Below are positions 1-10,025 of a DNA stretch of 64,000 nt, piece after piece. The stretch is taken from positions 11,131 through 75,130 of the forward strand of contig VRUH01000004.1 of NCBI GenBank assembly GCA_019456185.1. Reading direction: 5' to 3'. This stretch comes from Candidatus Glassbacteria bacterium. GTDB lineage: Bacteria > Gemmatimonadota > Glassbacteria > GWA2-58-10. The first letter of the stretch is position 1; each line of letters opens with the position of its first letter. Below the pieces are notes generated by a model, which was not told the origin of the DNA, made no database searches, and saw only the letters and a list, made by a program, of their open reading frames with translations. A program made the position numbers and the translations under genes.

Positions 1-426
1 CAGCACGGGCAGAGTCCCGCCCATCAGTGCGGTGGGCACAAGCAGGATAGCCAGGGCCAGCAGCACCCTGAACAGATCGACCAGCAGGGGCAAACCTGAG
101 AGCAGATGCCAGGCGGGAGCGACGAGGAAATGGAGCTGGGGGATCAGCCAGCTGGCCGCCAGAGCGGAGAGCGCAACCCCGGTTTCCAGCAGCACGTAGA
201 GACGGAGTCGGTCGGAGACCAGCCGGATCCGCGAACCGACCAGCCAGGCTCCGAGCGCGAGTCCGCCCATGAACGCCGCGAACACAGTGGCGGCCGAGTG
301 GAGGCTGTTGCCCAGCACGAGGGCGAACATCCTCAGCCAGATGGCCTGGTACACAAGTGCCGACACGCCGCTGAAGAGAAACAGCAGGTACAGAGAAACA
401 GTCAGGGCGGACCTGTTAAAGTTCAT
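1..426 (-). CDS. N-terminal fragment of a membrane-anchored spermidine-synthase-like (fused MFS/SpeE-type) protein; 3' end lies outside the window
   Basis: Minus-strand translation from ATG at 426 gives MNFNRSALTVSLYLLFLFSGVSALVYQAIWLRMF..., the characteristic N-terminal TM motif of membrane-bound polyamine aminopropyltransferase-like proteins. The frame is open to the window edge, so it is absent from the supplied ORF track. Confidence 0.5.
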   Translation of the reverse strand, partial: MNFNRSALTVSLYLLFLFSGVSALVYQAIWLRMFALVLGNSLHSAATVFAAFMGGLALGAWLVGSRIRLVSDRLRLYVLLETGVALSALAASWLIPQLHFLVAPAWHLLSGLPLLVDLFRVLLALAILLVPTALMGGTLPVL

Positions 427-539
427 CCGGTGTGCTCCACCGGCGTCCCGGTATCTTTTATTGAACCGGGGCCGGTACAGAGGAGTTATCTGCTAAAGCA
501 GAATATTATCCATGCGAGCTTTTCAAAGGGTCCTGCCCT

Positions 540-2111
540 TTATTCCCCCCTCGAATAAAACATCACAAGCTCGCCATTGCCGGATATCCGTGGGGAGGTA
601 TTCCCGATAATCAATCTCAGCAGAGTGATTACGTCACCAATGCTCCAGACACCGTCACCGTCAATATCGTACGACGGTTCCGCCCTGTTGCGCAAACCTT
701 TCAGCAGCAGGGTCAGGGCGTCGGCCACACTGAAGCGGTTATCGCCATTGAAATCATAGGACGATTGCAGAGCGGAACCAAATTCGTAGGCGCCGATATC
801 GGGAGCTCGTCCCGCGGGTCTCGACTTTTGCAGGAAATCTTCCGGCGGGAGCGAGTCGAGCCGGGCGAGAAGCCAGTCCGTGCCCTCCAGCCCGGAGACC
901 ATTGCGCGGACGGTATCCAGCGGCGCGGCGGCGTCGATTGCCGGGCTGGAATCCAGGGGGAAGAAATCGAATTCCGGGATACCGCGGAACAGCGGGTCGG
1001 CACGGAAGGAGTGCAGATCGTTGCCGGTATCGGTGCGCCACTGCTCCAGGCTGAGCACAGTCTCGTTGCGTTCCACCAGCGCGCTTTCCTGAACGCCCCA
1101 GAACAGGTTGTAATCGCTGATAATGGACCGCAGGTGCTCGGAATTAACCTGAATGTTGCCGCGGCTGCCGCCGGAGACGAATATATTGCCGGTGATAACC
1201 ACTTTTTCGCTGGTTGTCTGGACATTGACCCCGCTGCGACCCTCACCCGGCGCGTAATAAAGCGTATTGCCGGTGATCAGCACCCGCTTGGAACCCTGCT
1301 CGAACGTGCCGGTGTCCTGATAGACTGTGATCCCGCCCGCCAGGTTATTGTGAATCAGGTTGTTGCGGACAATAATATCGTGGACGTGGGTCATGTTGAT
1401 CGCCGCGCCGCCCGCTGCGCCGTTGTGGTGGACGTGGTTGCGCTCCACCACTCCCTCGTTCAGCACCCCGTCGCCGCCCGGGATCTCCGGGTCGCCGTTG
1501 AGATGGATCCCGTTGCCCCGGTTGTGGTGGACATGGTTGCCGCGAATGACAAACCGGTCGCCGCTGTTGGAGTGGTAAATTCCATGCTCGACCTTGCTGT
1601 TGCGGGTCTCGTTGTATTCGACAGTCAGGTCGTCGGCGAAACTGGTAAAAATACCCCAGGTATTGTTGTCGGTGAACAGGCAGCCGGAGATTCGCACGTG
1701 GTGGGAGAAACGTACCGCTGTTCCGGCTCGCCCGGCGTTACGGACTGTCAGGTTTTCCAGCACCACATAAGCAGCGTCCTGGATCCGGAGCGCATCGATA
1801 CCTTCCGGGCTGCCGTCGATAATTGCTTCCAGGCTCTCGCCACGGATCACCAGCGGGTTTGTCTCGCCTGCTTCGACAGAGACCTGCACGCCGCCCGCGT
1901 ACACGCCGTTGCTGATCAGCAGCGTATCTCCGGGGATCAGGCAGGTAACCGCCCGGGCCAGGGTGGCGAATTCGGCGCCGGGGCCGCAGTCGCTGGCGTC
2001 GTCGCCGTCCGGGCTTACGTAAAGCGTTCGGGCCTGCGCCCGTGACCCGAGCGCCAGCATGGCAACCAGCACGAGCGCCGGGAAACACTTTTTATAAAGA
2101 GTATGCGTCAT
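540..2111 (-). CDS. Secreted right-handed parallel beta-helix protein (pectate-lyase-like fold) with C-terminal type-I dockerin-like module
   Basis: Signal peptide MTHTLYKKCFPALVLVAMLALGSRAQA from ATG at 2111 (the track's longer start is TTG). PbH1-type repeats (NNTWGIFTSF..., RGNHVHHNRGNGIHLNGD). C-terminal pair of Ca-loop repeats YDFNGDNRFSVADALTLL and YDIDGDGVWSIGDVITLL. Confidence 0.8.
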   Translation of the reverse strand: MTHTLYKKCFPALVLVAMLALGSRAQARTLYVSPDGDDASDCGPGAEFATLARAVTCLIPGDTLLISNGVYAGGVQVSVEAGETNPLVIRGESLEAIIDGSPEGIDALRIQDAAYVVLENLTVRNAGRAGTAVRFSHHVRISGCLFTDNNTWGIFTSFADDLTVEYNETRNSKVEHGIYHSNSGDRFVIRGNHVHHNRGNGIHLNGDPEIPGGDGVLNEGVVERNHVHHNGAAGGAAINMTHVHDIIVRNNLIHNNLAGGITVYQDTGTFEQGSKRVLITGNTLYYAPGEGRSGVNVQTTSEKVVITGNIFVSGGSRGNIQVNSEHLRSIISDYNLFWGVQESALVERNETVLSLEQWRTDTGNDLHSFRADPLFRGIPEFDFFPLDSSPAIDAAAPLDTVRAMVSGLEGTDWLLARLDSLPPEDFLQKSRPAGRAPDIGAYEFGSALQSSYDFNGDNRFSVADALTLLLKGLRNRAEPSYDIDGDGVWSIGDVITLLRLIIGNTSPRISGNGELVMFYSRGE

Positions 2112-3648
2112 CGTTTGCGGCAAGCAGCGAAGAATTTTCCATCATTATCCTCAGCAGCGCGATTACGTCACCAATGCTCCAGACACCATCGTCGTCAATA
2201 TCGTACGACTCCTCACCCGGATTGCGCAAGCCTTTCAGCAGCAGCGACAGGGCGTCGGCGACGTTGAACCGGCCATCGTTGTTGAAATCATAGAGCGACT
2301 CTGGCCCTGCGCCCACCTCGAACGCACCGATATCCGGCCCGTCACCCGCGGGGCGCAGGTTTTCGTTGATATCCTCGATCCTGATCGAGTCCAGCCGCCC
2401 GAGCAGCCAGCCGGCGCTGTCGAGACTGGCGACCATGGCGCGCACCGTGTCCATCGGCGCGGCCGCATCCACCGCCGCGCTGGTATCCGACGGCACGAAG
2501 CTGGTGTCCGGGACCGAGACGAACGAGGGGTCGGCATAGCGGGTATGCTTATCGTTGCCGCTGTTACTACGCCAGTTGCCCAACGAGTATCCCAGCCGGT
2601 CGCTGGTGGTGACGATATTGTTGCTGCTGTCGATTCCCCAGAACAGGTTGTAGTCGCTGATCATGGTGCTGGAATAATCGGACCACATCTGCAGCACGGG
2701 CTCGAACCCGCCGGAGACCAGGATGTTGTTGACTATCACCGTGCTTTTGCTGGTGGACTGAATATTGATTACAGCGCGTCCACCGGACTTGAAATGGACC
2801 GTGTTGTGCATGATCAGCGCGCGCCTGCTGGTATATCTCTGATCATCCGTGTCCGCATAATACGTGAATCCTCCGGCGAAGTTGTTGTAAATCAGGTTAT
2901 TGCGGCAGATAATATCCTGGACGTGGGTCATGTTGATCCCGGCCCCGCCGCCGGCCCCGTTGTCGTGGATGATATTGCGCTCGACAATGCCGAAGTTCAG
3001 CACGCCGTCATCACCTGGCTCGGACATCAGCTCCGGGTCGCCGTTGAGATGGATCCCGTTGCCCCGGTTATGGTGGACATGGTTGCCGCGGATGATAAAC
3101 CGGTTGCCGCTGTTGGAATGGTAAATCCCGTGTTCGTCCCTGGCGCCGTAACTCTCGTTGTTCTCGAACAGAACATCGTCGGCGAACCCGGTGAACAGCC
3201 CCCACTTGTAGTTATTGGCGAATACGCAGTTGCGCACGGTGATATGGTCGCAGCGGATCAGGCTCAGCCCGGCGCGGCTGGAACGGCGGAACGTGAGGCC
3301 GTCAACGATAACGTGCGAGCTGTGGTCCAGACGCAGGTTGTCCCTGTTGTCCCGGTTGCTGGTGTCAATCACGGCGTTCAGGCTCTCGCCCATGAGCACG
3401 ATCGGCGCCTCGGCGGTACCATCCAGTTCCACGAGCGGTCCGCCGGTGTACTCACCCTCGCGGACGAATAAGGTGTCTCCCGCATCCAGACAGCCCAGCG
3501 CCGCCTCGAGCGTGGCGAACTCCGCTCCGGCCCCGCAGGCTGAGTTATCATCTCCGCCGGCGGACAGATAGATCGTTTTGGCCGGCGCCGGCAGCGCGGA
3601 CAGGCACAGGACGAGTGTGATTTTAAGCATGCTGGAATGAAACAGCAT
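2092..3648 (-). CDS. Tandem paralog of the beta-helix/dockerin-like secreted protein
   Basis: Same architecture and about 55% identity by eye to 540-2111 (RGNHVHHNRGNGIHLNGDPE identical; C-terminal YDFNNDGRFNVADALSLL / YDIDDDGVWSIGDVIALL). Start at ATG 3648 is preceded by GGGAGG and gives signal peptide MLFHSSMLKITLVLCLSALPAPA. Confidence 0.8.
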   Translation of the reverse strand: MLFHSSMLKITLVLCLSALPAPAKTIYLSAGGDDNSACGAGAEFATLEAALGCLDAGDTLFVREGEYTGGPLVELDGTAEAPIVLMGESLNAVIDTSNRDNRDNLRLDHSSHVIVDGLTFRRSSRAGLSLIRCDHITVRNCVFANNYKWGLFTGFADDVLFENNESYGARDEHGIYHSNSGNRFIIRGNHVHHNRGNGIHLNGDPELMSEPGDDGVLNFGIVERNIIHDNGAGGGAGINMTHVQDIICRNNLIYNNFAGGFTYYADTDDQRYTSRRALIMHNTVHFKSGGRAVINIQSTSKSTVIVNNILVSGGFEPVLQMWSDYSSTMISDYNLFWGIDSSNNIVTTSDRLGYSLGNWRSNSGNDKHTRYADPSFVSVPDTSFVPSDTSAAVDAAAPMDTVRAMVASLDSAGWLLGRLDSIRIEDINENLRPAGDGPDIGAFEVGAGPESLYDFNNDGRFNVADALSLLLKGLRNPGEESYDIDDDGVWSIGDVIALLRIMMENSSLLAANDDAYSL

Positions 3649-3876
3649 GAGAGCCTCCCGTAAAAGCACCGGTTATTGCTCTTTTCCAGTCGATGAAAAG
3701 AACCAAAAATCTCCGCTGCGCCGGACTCGCTGGACCATTTGGACAATGCCGGCCGACTTGTAAGCGCGGTTAAACAGGCGCTGCCGATCGTGCTCGCCCC
3801 GTCGCATAACGCCGCGCCGGACCTCGCGAAGTACGCCCGGGAATGCAGGTCATTTGAGCCGAAACGGATGTGCCTC

Positions 3877-4698
3877 TTACGACCTCAAGCCGACCTCGTC
3901 CATCAGCCGGGCGGTCTCGGTGTAAGCCTTGCGCACCCACTCGACAATTGCCTCCGGCTGGGGGCAGTACTCTAGCTCGATACTCAGCGCCCCGTCGATA
4001 TCCATCTCCTTGAGCACCTTCATGAACGGCCGGAAATCGATCACGCCGTCGCCGGGGGGAAAGTCGCCGTGGACCTTGCCGTCGCAGTCGGAGAAATGAA
4101 CGTGGTGCGCCTTGCCGTCGAGCAGGCGCAGCTTCTCCGGCTGGTCGCCGGCCAGGGCCACGTGGCTCACGTCGATATTGGCGAAGACGGCCGGATTGGC
4201 GACATCGTCGAGAAAGCGGGCCATGTTCTCCACGTTGTTGACGATCGAGAGTTTGAACGGTTCGAGTTCCAGCACGATCTCCAGGCCGTTCTCCCCGGCG
4301 TAATCACCAATTTGTTTGCAGCCTTCCACGGCCCAGTCCCACTGGGCCTGCGGGGGGATAACTTCCTGCTGCCAGAGGTACTCGCCCAGCACGAGCAGGA
4401 CATTGCGCGCGCCGATATCGCGGGCGAAATCGACAAACTTTTTGGTCCGCCGGACGTGGAACGCCCTGACGGGGTCGGCGAAATCGGCGATTCCCAGCGA
4501 GCAGACCGGGACCGAAATAATCGGCAGGCCGTTGTCTGCGCACACGCGGATAATGGTATCCTTTTGCTCTTTACTGATATCCCAGGCTTCGGTATGGATA
4601 TCCACCGTGTCGAAGCCGATCTCGGCGATATGGCGGATTCCCTCGCTGAACTCGATCCCAACCTGGTCGAAAGCGCTGTTGATCAGTCCCAGTTTCAT
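3877..4698 (-). CDS. Sugar phosphate isomerase/epimerase (xylose-isomerase-like TIM barrel)
   Basis: [10 protein letters not shown]...GFDTVDIH...[12 protein letters not shown] is the typical AP-endonuclease-2/xylose-isomerase-like family. SD AGGGGA lies 6 nt before ATG 4698. Stop-start coupled to the upstream gene. Confidence 0.8.
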   Translation of the reverse strand: MKLGLINSAFDQVGIEFSEGIRHIAEIGFDTVDIHTEAWDISKEQKDTIIRVCADNGLPIISVPVCSLGIADFADPVRAFHVRRTKKFVDFARDIGARNVLLVLGEYLWQQEVIPPQAQWDWAVEGCKQIGDYAGENGLEIVLELEPFKLSIVNNVENMARFLDDVANPAVFANIDVSHVALAGDQPEKLRLLDGKAHHVHFSDCDGKVHGDFPPGDGVIDFRPFMKVLKEMDIDGALSIELEYCPQPEAIVEWVRKAYTETARLMDEVGLRS

Positions 4699-5801
4699 GC
4701 TTGTTCCCCTTTCAGCCATTTGTCTGGTGCGACGGCGACATGGTTCACCGCCGACTCGTAAGCCGCCTCCACAACGGCCATCGTGCCCAGGTTGCTTTCA
4801 CCGCCCAGGTTCGGTTCCGCGCCCGTTTCCAGGGCGACCAGCAACTCGGCCATCGGCCCGGCGAACGCGTCAGGGAACCAGACCTCCTCCCAGCGGGGGC
4901 TGTGCCACTCGCCGTTGTCGTCAACCGTCGTGTAGTCGATCGTGCTCGGCGTACGCGCCGGGTATTTGGGCCACCCGATAGTCCCTTTGGCCAGCCCTTT
5001 GGTGCCCTCGATACGCCAGTGGATTCGGATATCGTCACCCGCCCCCTCGCGTGCCGGACCTGTCCAGACATCATCCCAGGAGGTGGCCCGCAGGCCGGTG
5101 TTATCGTATTCCAGGATGTAGAGGCAGATACCGTCCGTGTGCTCGAACTTGGTACGCGGGTCGGGGCGCGTGCTGGCGAACACGCGGTCCGGGTTGCCGA
5201 ACCAGAAGCGGAACGTATCGAGGTGATGGATCGACATGATCCGCAGGGTGCACCAGCCCTGACGTTCCTGCCACGGCATCCAGTGGGGGATAGCGCGCAT
5301 GTCGATCGTGGCCAGGACAGGTTCTCCCAGCGCCCCATGATCCAGCAGACTTTTAGCCGCGCGGATACTCTGGTCGTAGCGCATGTTCTGGTTCACCGCC
5401 AGGGTGATTCCGGCCTCGCGGCAGAGCCTGACAATCTCGGCGGCCTCGGCGTAATCCGCTCCCAGCGGTTTCTGGGCCAGGATCCCTCGGACATGGTCGG
5501 CGTGCCGGACCGTTTTACGCACCATCTCCAGCTGGATATCCGGCGGCACGCCGATATCGACCACCTCGATTTCCTTATCGGCCAGCAGCGCGTTGGCCGT
5601 GTCGTAGACTCTGGGGATCTTGTGACGGTCGGCGGCTTTGCGGGCGCTATCGCCCCTGGAGGCGATCGCCACCGGATTGAACCCGGCGTCGCGGTAGGCG
5701 ACCAGGTGGCAGTCGGCGACGATAAAGCCCGCGCCGATACACCCGATCGGCACGTCGCGGCGAGCGGGCATCACCGGCTTGTAGTCGAGTTGAACACTCA
5801 C
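4695..5801 (-). CDS. Gfo/Idh/MocA family oxidoreductase (cytoplasmic)
   Basis: Rossmann N-terminus [17 protein letters not shown] and Gfo/Idh/MocA C-terminal domain. The exact start is ambiguous: GTG 5801 follows AGGAGG by 4 nt, ATG 5771 is an alternative, and the track start is GTG 5816 overlapping the upstream stop. Confidence 0.75.
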   Translation of the reverse strand: MSVQLDYKPVMPARRDVPIGCIGAGFIVADCHLVAYRDAGFNPVAIASRGDSARKAADRHKIPRVYDTANALLADKEIEVVDIGVPPDIQLEMVRKTVRHADHVRGILAQKPLGADYAEAAEIVRLCREAGITLAVNQNMRYDQSIRAAKSLLDHGALGEPVLATIDMRAIPHWMPWQERQGWCTLRIMSIHHLDTFRFWFGNPDRVFASTRPDPRTKFEHTDGICLYILEYDNTGLRATSWDDVWTGPAREGAGDDIRIHWRIEGTKGLAKGTIGWPKYPARTPSTIDYTTVDDNGEWHSPRWEEVWFPDAFAGPMAELLVALETGAEPNLGGESNLGTMAVVEAAYESAVNHVAVAPDKWLKGEQA

Positions 5802-5812
5802 GTAACCTCCTG

Positions 5813-7666
5813 TCACTTGACAATGATATCGAGCAGAGCGTTGCGCACACGGTCGTAGTCGTCGCCCCGCTGGCTCCAGGGCACGGGGTCCTTCATCTCG
5901 ACTTCATCCAGCCCGCGCGGGACAATCTCCTTGACCATCGCCAGCACCTTGTCCCTGCCGACTTTGTGCTGGGCCAGCCACATCAGCTCGAAATCCTGCT
6001 GGCCGCGGCGCATGTTCTTGAGCCGGATCGAGGGCAGGATCCGGGTCAGGCCGCGGTCCTCTTCGGGGTAAAACGGCATGCGTCCGGGGTAGAACACGAT
6101 CCCGTCGCCGTTGCCGAAATTCATCCCCCAGCTGATAAAGGTCAGCGGCTCGGTGAATACCCGCTGATGCAGCCGTCCCTTGGGTCCCTGCGAGTTGTGC
6201 TGCCAGTGGTTGCCGTGCCAGAGGAACCAGGTGTCGACTCCGTAGAGATACTTGACCCAGGCGTTGACCCGCAGGTCAACAGCTTCGGCTTCCAGGATCA
6301 CCGAGCCGTAGCGCGGGCGGGAGCCGTTGTAGAACCAGTGGTTCTTGCCCTGCTGTTTAAGTTTCGGCAGGGCTTCCAGGTCCACACCATGGCCGCCGGC
6401 CCAGATATCTATCGCCTCATCGAGTTCGGGCGTGTACTGGCGCGTGGTAAACACGGGCAGGCGCTTGCCGGGTCCGGGGTTGGAATGGACCCAGTCGGCA
6501 TGCTCCTTGATCCAGGGGAACTGCACCTTGCCCGGCTCGTCGATCATGTACCAGAAATAGGTGACATCCGGCGCGTTTTTCTCGAACCAACTCACCCACT
6601 TGTCGCTTTCGGCCCGTGTGTTCTCCATGCTGTTCATCACCCTGTCGGTGATCGCACCGTACATCCCGACCGAGAACAGTTTTTCGCCCTCGCCCTCGCC
6701 GGGGCCGTGGTAACCGTTGGCGGGAGTAAACGCACTGCCGTCGAGCCAGCCCTTGTACGAATCCATATCCGCCTGGTCGAACGGGTTGCGGTGGGCGTCG
6801 CTGCCGCCGACCAGGTCGGCCCGGTGACGGTGGGAGATGAACTTGAGCATCTTCTCGGCTTCTTCGTCGCTCAGCTCCGGGAGATAGGTCTTGATCGTGC
6901 CCACGCCGGCATAGAGCCAGATATTCGAGTGGTTCTCGTCGGGAAGGCGGGCCGGCAGCAGTTCGACACTCAGCGGGATGCGGCGTACTTCCGCGCCGTT
7001 TTCGCTGACCCGTACCGTGCTGGTATAGACTCCCGCCGGCCAGCGGCGGTCGCGGGGCAGATAGAGGTCCACCCAGAAGCCCTGGTTCTGGGCCGCCTGG
7101 CGGGGATTAATCTCCAGCGTGTTCTGCCGGCGGTTGACTTCCTGACGGGTAGGCTGGATATCCAGCGGAAACCCGCCGCGTCCTGTGCGGGCGTCGGTCG
7201 GGATCAGCGCGTCCGGAATCCAGCCGGTCATCTTCTCCGGTGCGCTGGCCTCCGATCCATAGAACCATTGCGGTTTGGTGGGGCGTCGCACGCGAAGGTA
7301 GTGCTGGCTGAACAGCTCGACAGTCCCGCCCGGACCATAAAGCATTCCACCCGAGCTCATCGCCACGCCCGCGCTCTGATGTACCGGCGGGTCGACAGCG
7401 ATCTCCACGCCCTTGGCGCCGAGGCTGTCGGCAACGACAATCACCTGGAAGGCCAGCACCTCGTTATAGAGGCCCCGCAGGCTGATCCGCCGGCCGTTCC
7501 AGATACTATTTTTGGCTTTGGAGGGATGGTCTTCCTCGTAGCGGAACACTTTCTCGCCATCGCCGAGCGCCCAGGCGTCGATTACCGCCGCCTGCGAGAT
7601 TGCGCCCGAAAGGAGAAGAGACAACAGTACGACAAAGCTCGTTTTCACCAGACTTCCGTTGGTCAC
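5813..7666 (-). CDS. Secreted hypothetical protein, glycoside-hydrolase-like (DUF4091-like impression)
   Basis: GTG start with GGAGGTG SD and signal peptide. 617 aa, Trp/Tyr-rich. Loose resemblance to the 49306-50916 product. Function not established. Confidence 0.55.
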   Translation of the reverse strand: MTNGSLVKTSFVVLLSLLLSGAISQAAVIDAWALGDGEKVFRYEEDHPSKAKNSIWNGRRISLRGLYNEVLAFQVIVVADSLGAKGVEIAVDPPVHQSAGVAMSSGGMLYGPGGTVELFSQHYLRVRRPTKPQWFYGSEASAPEKMTGWIPDALIPTDARTGRGGFPLDIQPTRQEVNRRQNTLEINPRQAAQNQGFWVDLYLPRDRRWPAGVYTSTVRVSENGAEVRRIPLSVELLPARLPDENHSNIWLYAGVGTIKTYLPELSDEEAEKMLKFISHRHRADLVGGSDAHRNPFDQADMDSYKGWLDGSAFTPANGYHGPGEGEGEKLFSVGMYGAITDRVMNSMENTRAESDKWVSWFEKNAPDVTYFWYMIDEPGKVQFPWIKEHADWVHSNPGPGKRLPVFTTRQYTPELDEAIDIWAGGHGVDLEALPKLKQQGKNHWFYNGSRPRYGSVILEAEAVDLRVNAWVKYLYGVDTWFLWHGNHWQHNSQGPKGRLHQRVFTEPLTFISWGMNFGNGDGIVFYPGRMPFYPEEDRGLTRILPSIRLKNMRRGQQDFELMWLAQHKVGRDKVLAMVKEIVPRGLDEVEMKDPVPWSQRGDDYDRVRNALLDIIVK

Positions 7667-7702
7667 TAGCGCACCTCCATCTGTAAAAGTGAGAACAGAG
7701 AA

Positions 7703-9778
7703 CTAGTTCAAATCCACGTAGGCGCCATCGGGCAGCAGGTACTCGATCGGCCAGGTTTCCTGCATGCGCTCGACAATCCCGGCCCAGTCGACCAGCTTGC
7801 CGTCGGGAGAATTGACCAGCCCGAGCCCGTCGATTGACCCGGCGGCGGCCGCGGCGAGAGTGTGGGCGTATTCGCGTCCGCTAATATCGAGTGCGGGCAG
7901 CCCGAGTTTTTCACTGGCGAATTTACTCACGATTTCCACATCCTCCACCATCTGCAGGAAATACGGCCGCCCGGTGAGCAGGGTATTATAGACGTAGTTG
8001 GCCATCACACCGGAAAGCTGGCTGTAATACTGCTCCTTCAGCGCTACCGCCGCCAGCCGGGGATCATCGATACTGGCGACAGCATAGCGCATCATGTTCT
8101 CGCCCTGGCCGCGGAAATCGAAACTGATGACATCGTAGCCCTGCTCCAGCAGTTGTTCCACCTGGTTGAAATTGTCCTCACCCAGTTTGCGACGGTGGCC
8201 GAGCCAGAGGATCGCTCTGCTGCCGGCGGACCCGGCGTTGGATTTGACATGCAGCACCGGGATACTCAACAGTCCGCTGTGGTGCAAAACGTACCTGTCG
8301 ATTGTGTAGCCGTTATGTTCAGCCGAGCCGGCTGCCTCCCAGCCGATTTCCTGCAGCGACTTGCCGTAGCGCCAGGGGACTACTGTCCAGCGCGCGATAC
8401 CGGGATAGTTTCTGCCATGGTAGATGTCCCTGATCCCGATACTGCGGGAGTCTTTCCGTTTGTGATAATAATCGCGGACGAGCTCGAGGAAATGCTTGCC
8501 GTCGGGATATTCCACCCGGACCTGGCCGGATTTGGTGGCGTTGAGCTCCTCGACATCCAGCAGTTTGAACGGTTCGAAGCCGTGGCGCTCGGGCAGACCG
8601 TTCTGACGGTCGAGGAAGCCGAAAGCGAACAACTGGTTATGGTCGCTGAAGCTGTGCGGATGGTAGCCCTCGCTGATCGCGACCTTGTCCGCATGCCCGA
8701 ACCGCCGATAAGCGGCCTCGACCTCGCGCCAGGTCTTGCGCGCGCCCTCGATCGGGAAGAAATCCTCGACGGCCACCGACAGCACAAGCGGCCGCGGGTA
8801 AGTCAGCAGGCAAAGGCCGGGATGGCCGACACCCGAGGAAACTATCCGGTGGACATCCTGCTCGGGATCGCTGTCGGGATCGCGGAAGATGCGGTTGGCC
8901 ATTCTCATCGGCAGGCTGCTGATATAGCACGACGGCAGGCCGGCGAAAATCCGCGGCTCCAGGGCCATCGCCAGCGCGCTTTGCACGCCGCCGCCGCTGG
9001 TCCCGGTGATCGCAATCCGCTCGGGATCGACTTCGGGGCGGGTGGCGAGGTAATCGAACGCCCGGATGCAGTCCCAGGCCTCGTGGCGCGCCAGGCTGGA
9101 ACCGGCCAGGTAGGCGACGTTGCCGAAGATGCCGTGTTCCCCGCAGACACGGTTGTAGCGGCTGTCGTTTTTCGTTTTATCCCAGTACTGGCTGCGCTCG
9201 CCCTGGCCCACCGGGTCGAGGCAGATAACCAGATAGCCCCGCTGAACCAGGCGGGCTGATATTTCCTGATAGTTACGGAAAGCCTTCGCAACCGGCGAGT
9301 GCCCGCAGGTTACAATGACTGCGGGACGTTTACCCTGAAACCCGGCCGGGACATACACCGCCGCGGTCACATGGAAACCGGGCAGGCTTTCAAACACCAG
9401 CTTTTCTATCCTGTAACCATCCATCTCGATAGTGCCCGTGATACGCGGCCTTAGCGGCGTTTTCTCCTCCGGCAGACCGCCGATAATCTCCAGCAGGCGG
9501 CCGCGCAGATCGCGCTGGTATTCGAGAAACTCGGTCTCGGTTCGGACAGCGGCCAGTTCGGCCTGACGGCGTTCATCCTGACGCCAGGCCATTTCCACCT
9601 GGTAGCGCAGGAACGGTGTAACCTGCATACCAGAGTCGGGCGGGGGACTGATGGCGGTGAAAATGTCCTGACCGGCGGCTGACACCGCCAGCGGTAAACT
9701 GAATGATATCAGCAGCGTAAGTAAACATATAATGCATGATCGGCGAACCGTAGCAATAAACAGGGTGAGAATTTTCAC
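7703..9778 (-). CDS. Secreted two-domain alpha/beta hydrolase (acetyl-xylan-esterase / dienelactone-hydrolase-like)
   Basis: GTG start with GAGAGGA SD and signal peptide. N-domain: VYVPAGFQGKRPAVIVTCGHS...ITGTSGGG (GxSxG). Second hydrolase-like domain: ISFDFRGQGE. Paralog of 53727-55808. Confidence 0.7.
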   Translation of the reverse strand: MKILTLFIATVRRSCIICLLTLLISFSLPLAVSAAGQDIFTAISPPPDSGMQVTPFLRYQVEMAWRQDERRQAELAAVRTETEFLEYQRDLRGRLLEIIGGLPEEKTPLRPRITGTIEMDGYRIEKLVFESLPGFHVTAAVYVPAGFQGKRPAVIVTCGHSPVAKAFRNYQEISARLVQRGYLVICLDPVGQGERSQYWDKTKNDSRYNRVCGEHGIFGNVAYLAGSSLARHEAWDCIRAFDYLATRPEVDPERIAITGTSGGGVQSALAMALEPRIFAGLPSCYISSLPMRMANRIFRDPDSDPEQDVHRIVSSGVGHPGLCLLTYPRPLVLSVAVEDFFPIEGARKTWREVEAAYRRFGHADKVAISEGYHPHSFSDHNQLFAFGFLDRQNGLPERHGFEPFKLLDVEELNATKSGQVRVEYPDGKHFLELVRDYYHKRKDSRSIGIRDIYHGRNYPGIARWTVVPWRYGKSLQEIGWEAAGSAEHNGYTIDRYVLHHSGLLSIPVLHVKSNAGSAGSRAILWLGHRRKLGEDNFNQVEQLLEQGYDVISFDFRGQGENMMRYAVASIDDPRLAAVALKEQYYSQLSGVMANYVYNTLLTGRPYFLQMVEDVEIVSKFASEKLGLPALDISGREYAHTLAAAAAGSIDGLGLVNSPDGKLVDWAGIVERMQETWPIEYLLPDGAYVDLN

Positions 9779-9955
9779 CGGTATCCTCTCTGCAAAGTTT
9801 GAGTGCGAACAGCGATTAATACCAGCTAAGATTCACGGTTAATTGAATTGATTACGGTCGGGAAGTATTGTGCGCAAGTATATAGTAAACAAATCCGCTG
9901 GTTTTTTGAAGTATCTGGTTGTCGGCACTTCAAATTCAGGACCGGGCATTTAATT

Positions 9956-9990
9956 AAAAGCCCGGCCCGGCATTATGCCGGGCCGGGCTT
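9956..9990 (-). terminator. Intrinsic terminator closing the TBDR-CTD-PorV operon
   Basis: 13-bp GC-rich inverted repeat GCCCGGCCCGGCA/TGCCGGGCCGGGC, followed on the minus strand by TTTTAATT. Lies 36 nt after the PorV-like stop. Confidence 0.6.
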
Positions 9991-10025
9991 CATCTTCACA
10001 TGAGTTCAGATCCGGAACACTGGTG

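Noticed and set aside
520-545. AAAGGG-tcctg-CCCTTT hairpin as a terminator for the beta-helix gene
   Set aside because: It overlaps the stop codon and lacks a T-tract in the relevant orientation, so the call is too weak.
106-558. 150-aa plus-strand ORF at the window start, and similar long antisense ORFs (765-2045 +, 2545-3471 +, 5966-7669 +, 7862-9259 +, 12914-14164 +, 21160-22497 -, 27365-28969 -, 50880-52451 -, 59344-60675 +, 61878-62921 +)
   Set aside because: These are stop-codon-poor shadow frames of high-GC genes on the opposite strand, with Arg/Ala/Gly-rich low-complexity products. No SD or signal features are present, whereas the opposite strand encodes recognisable domain proteins.
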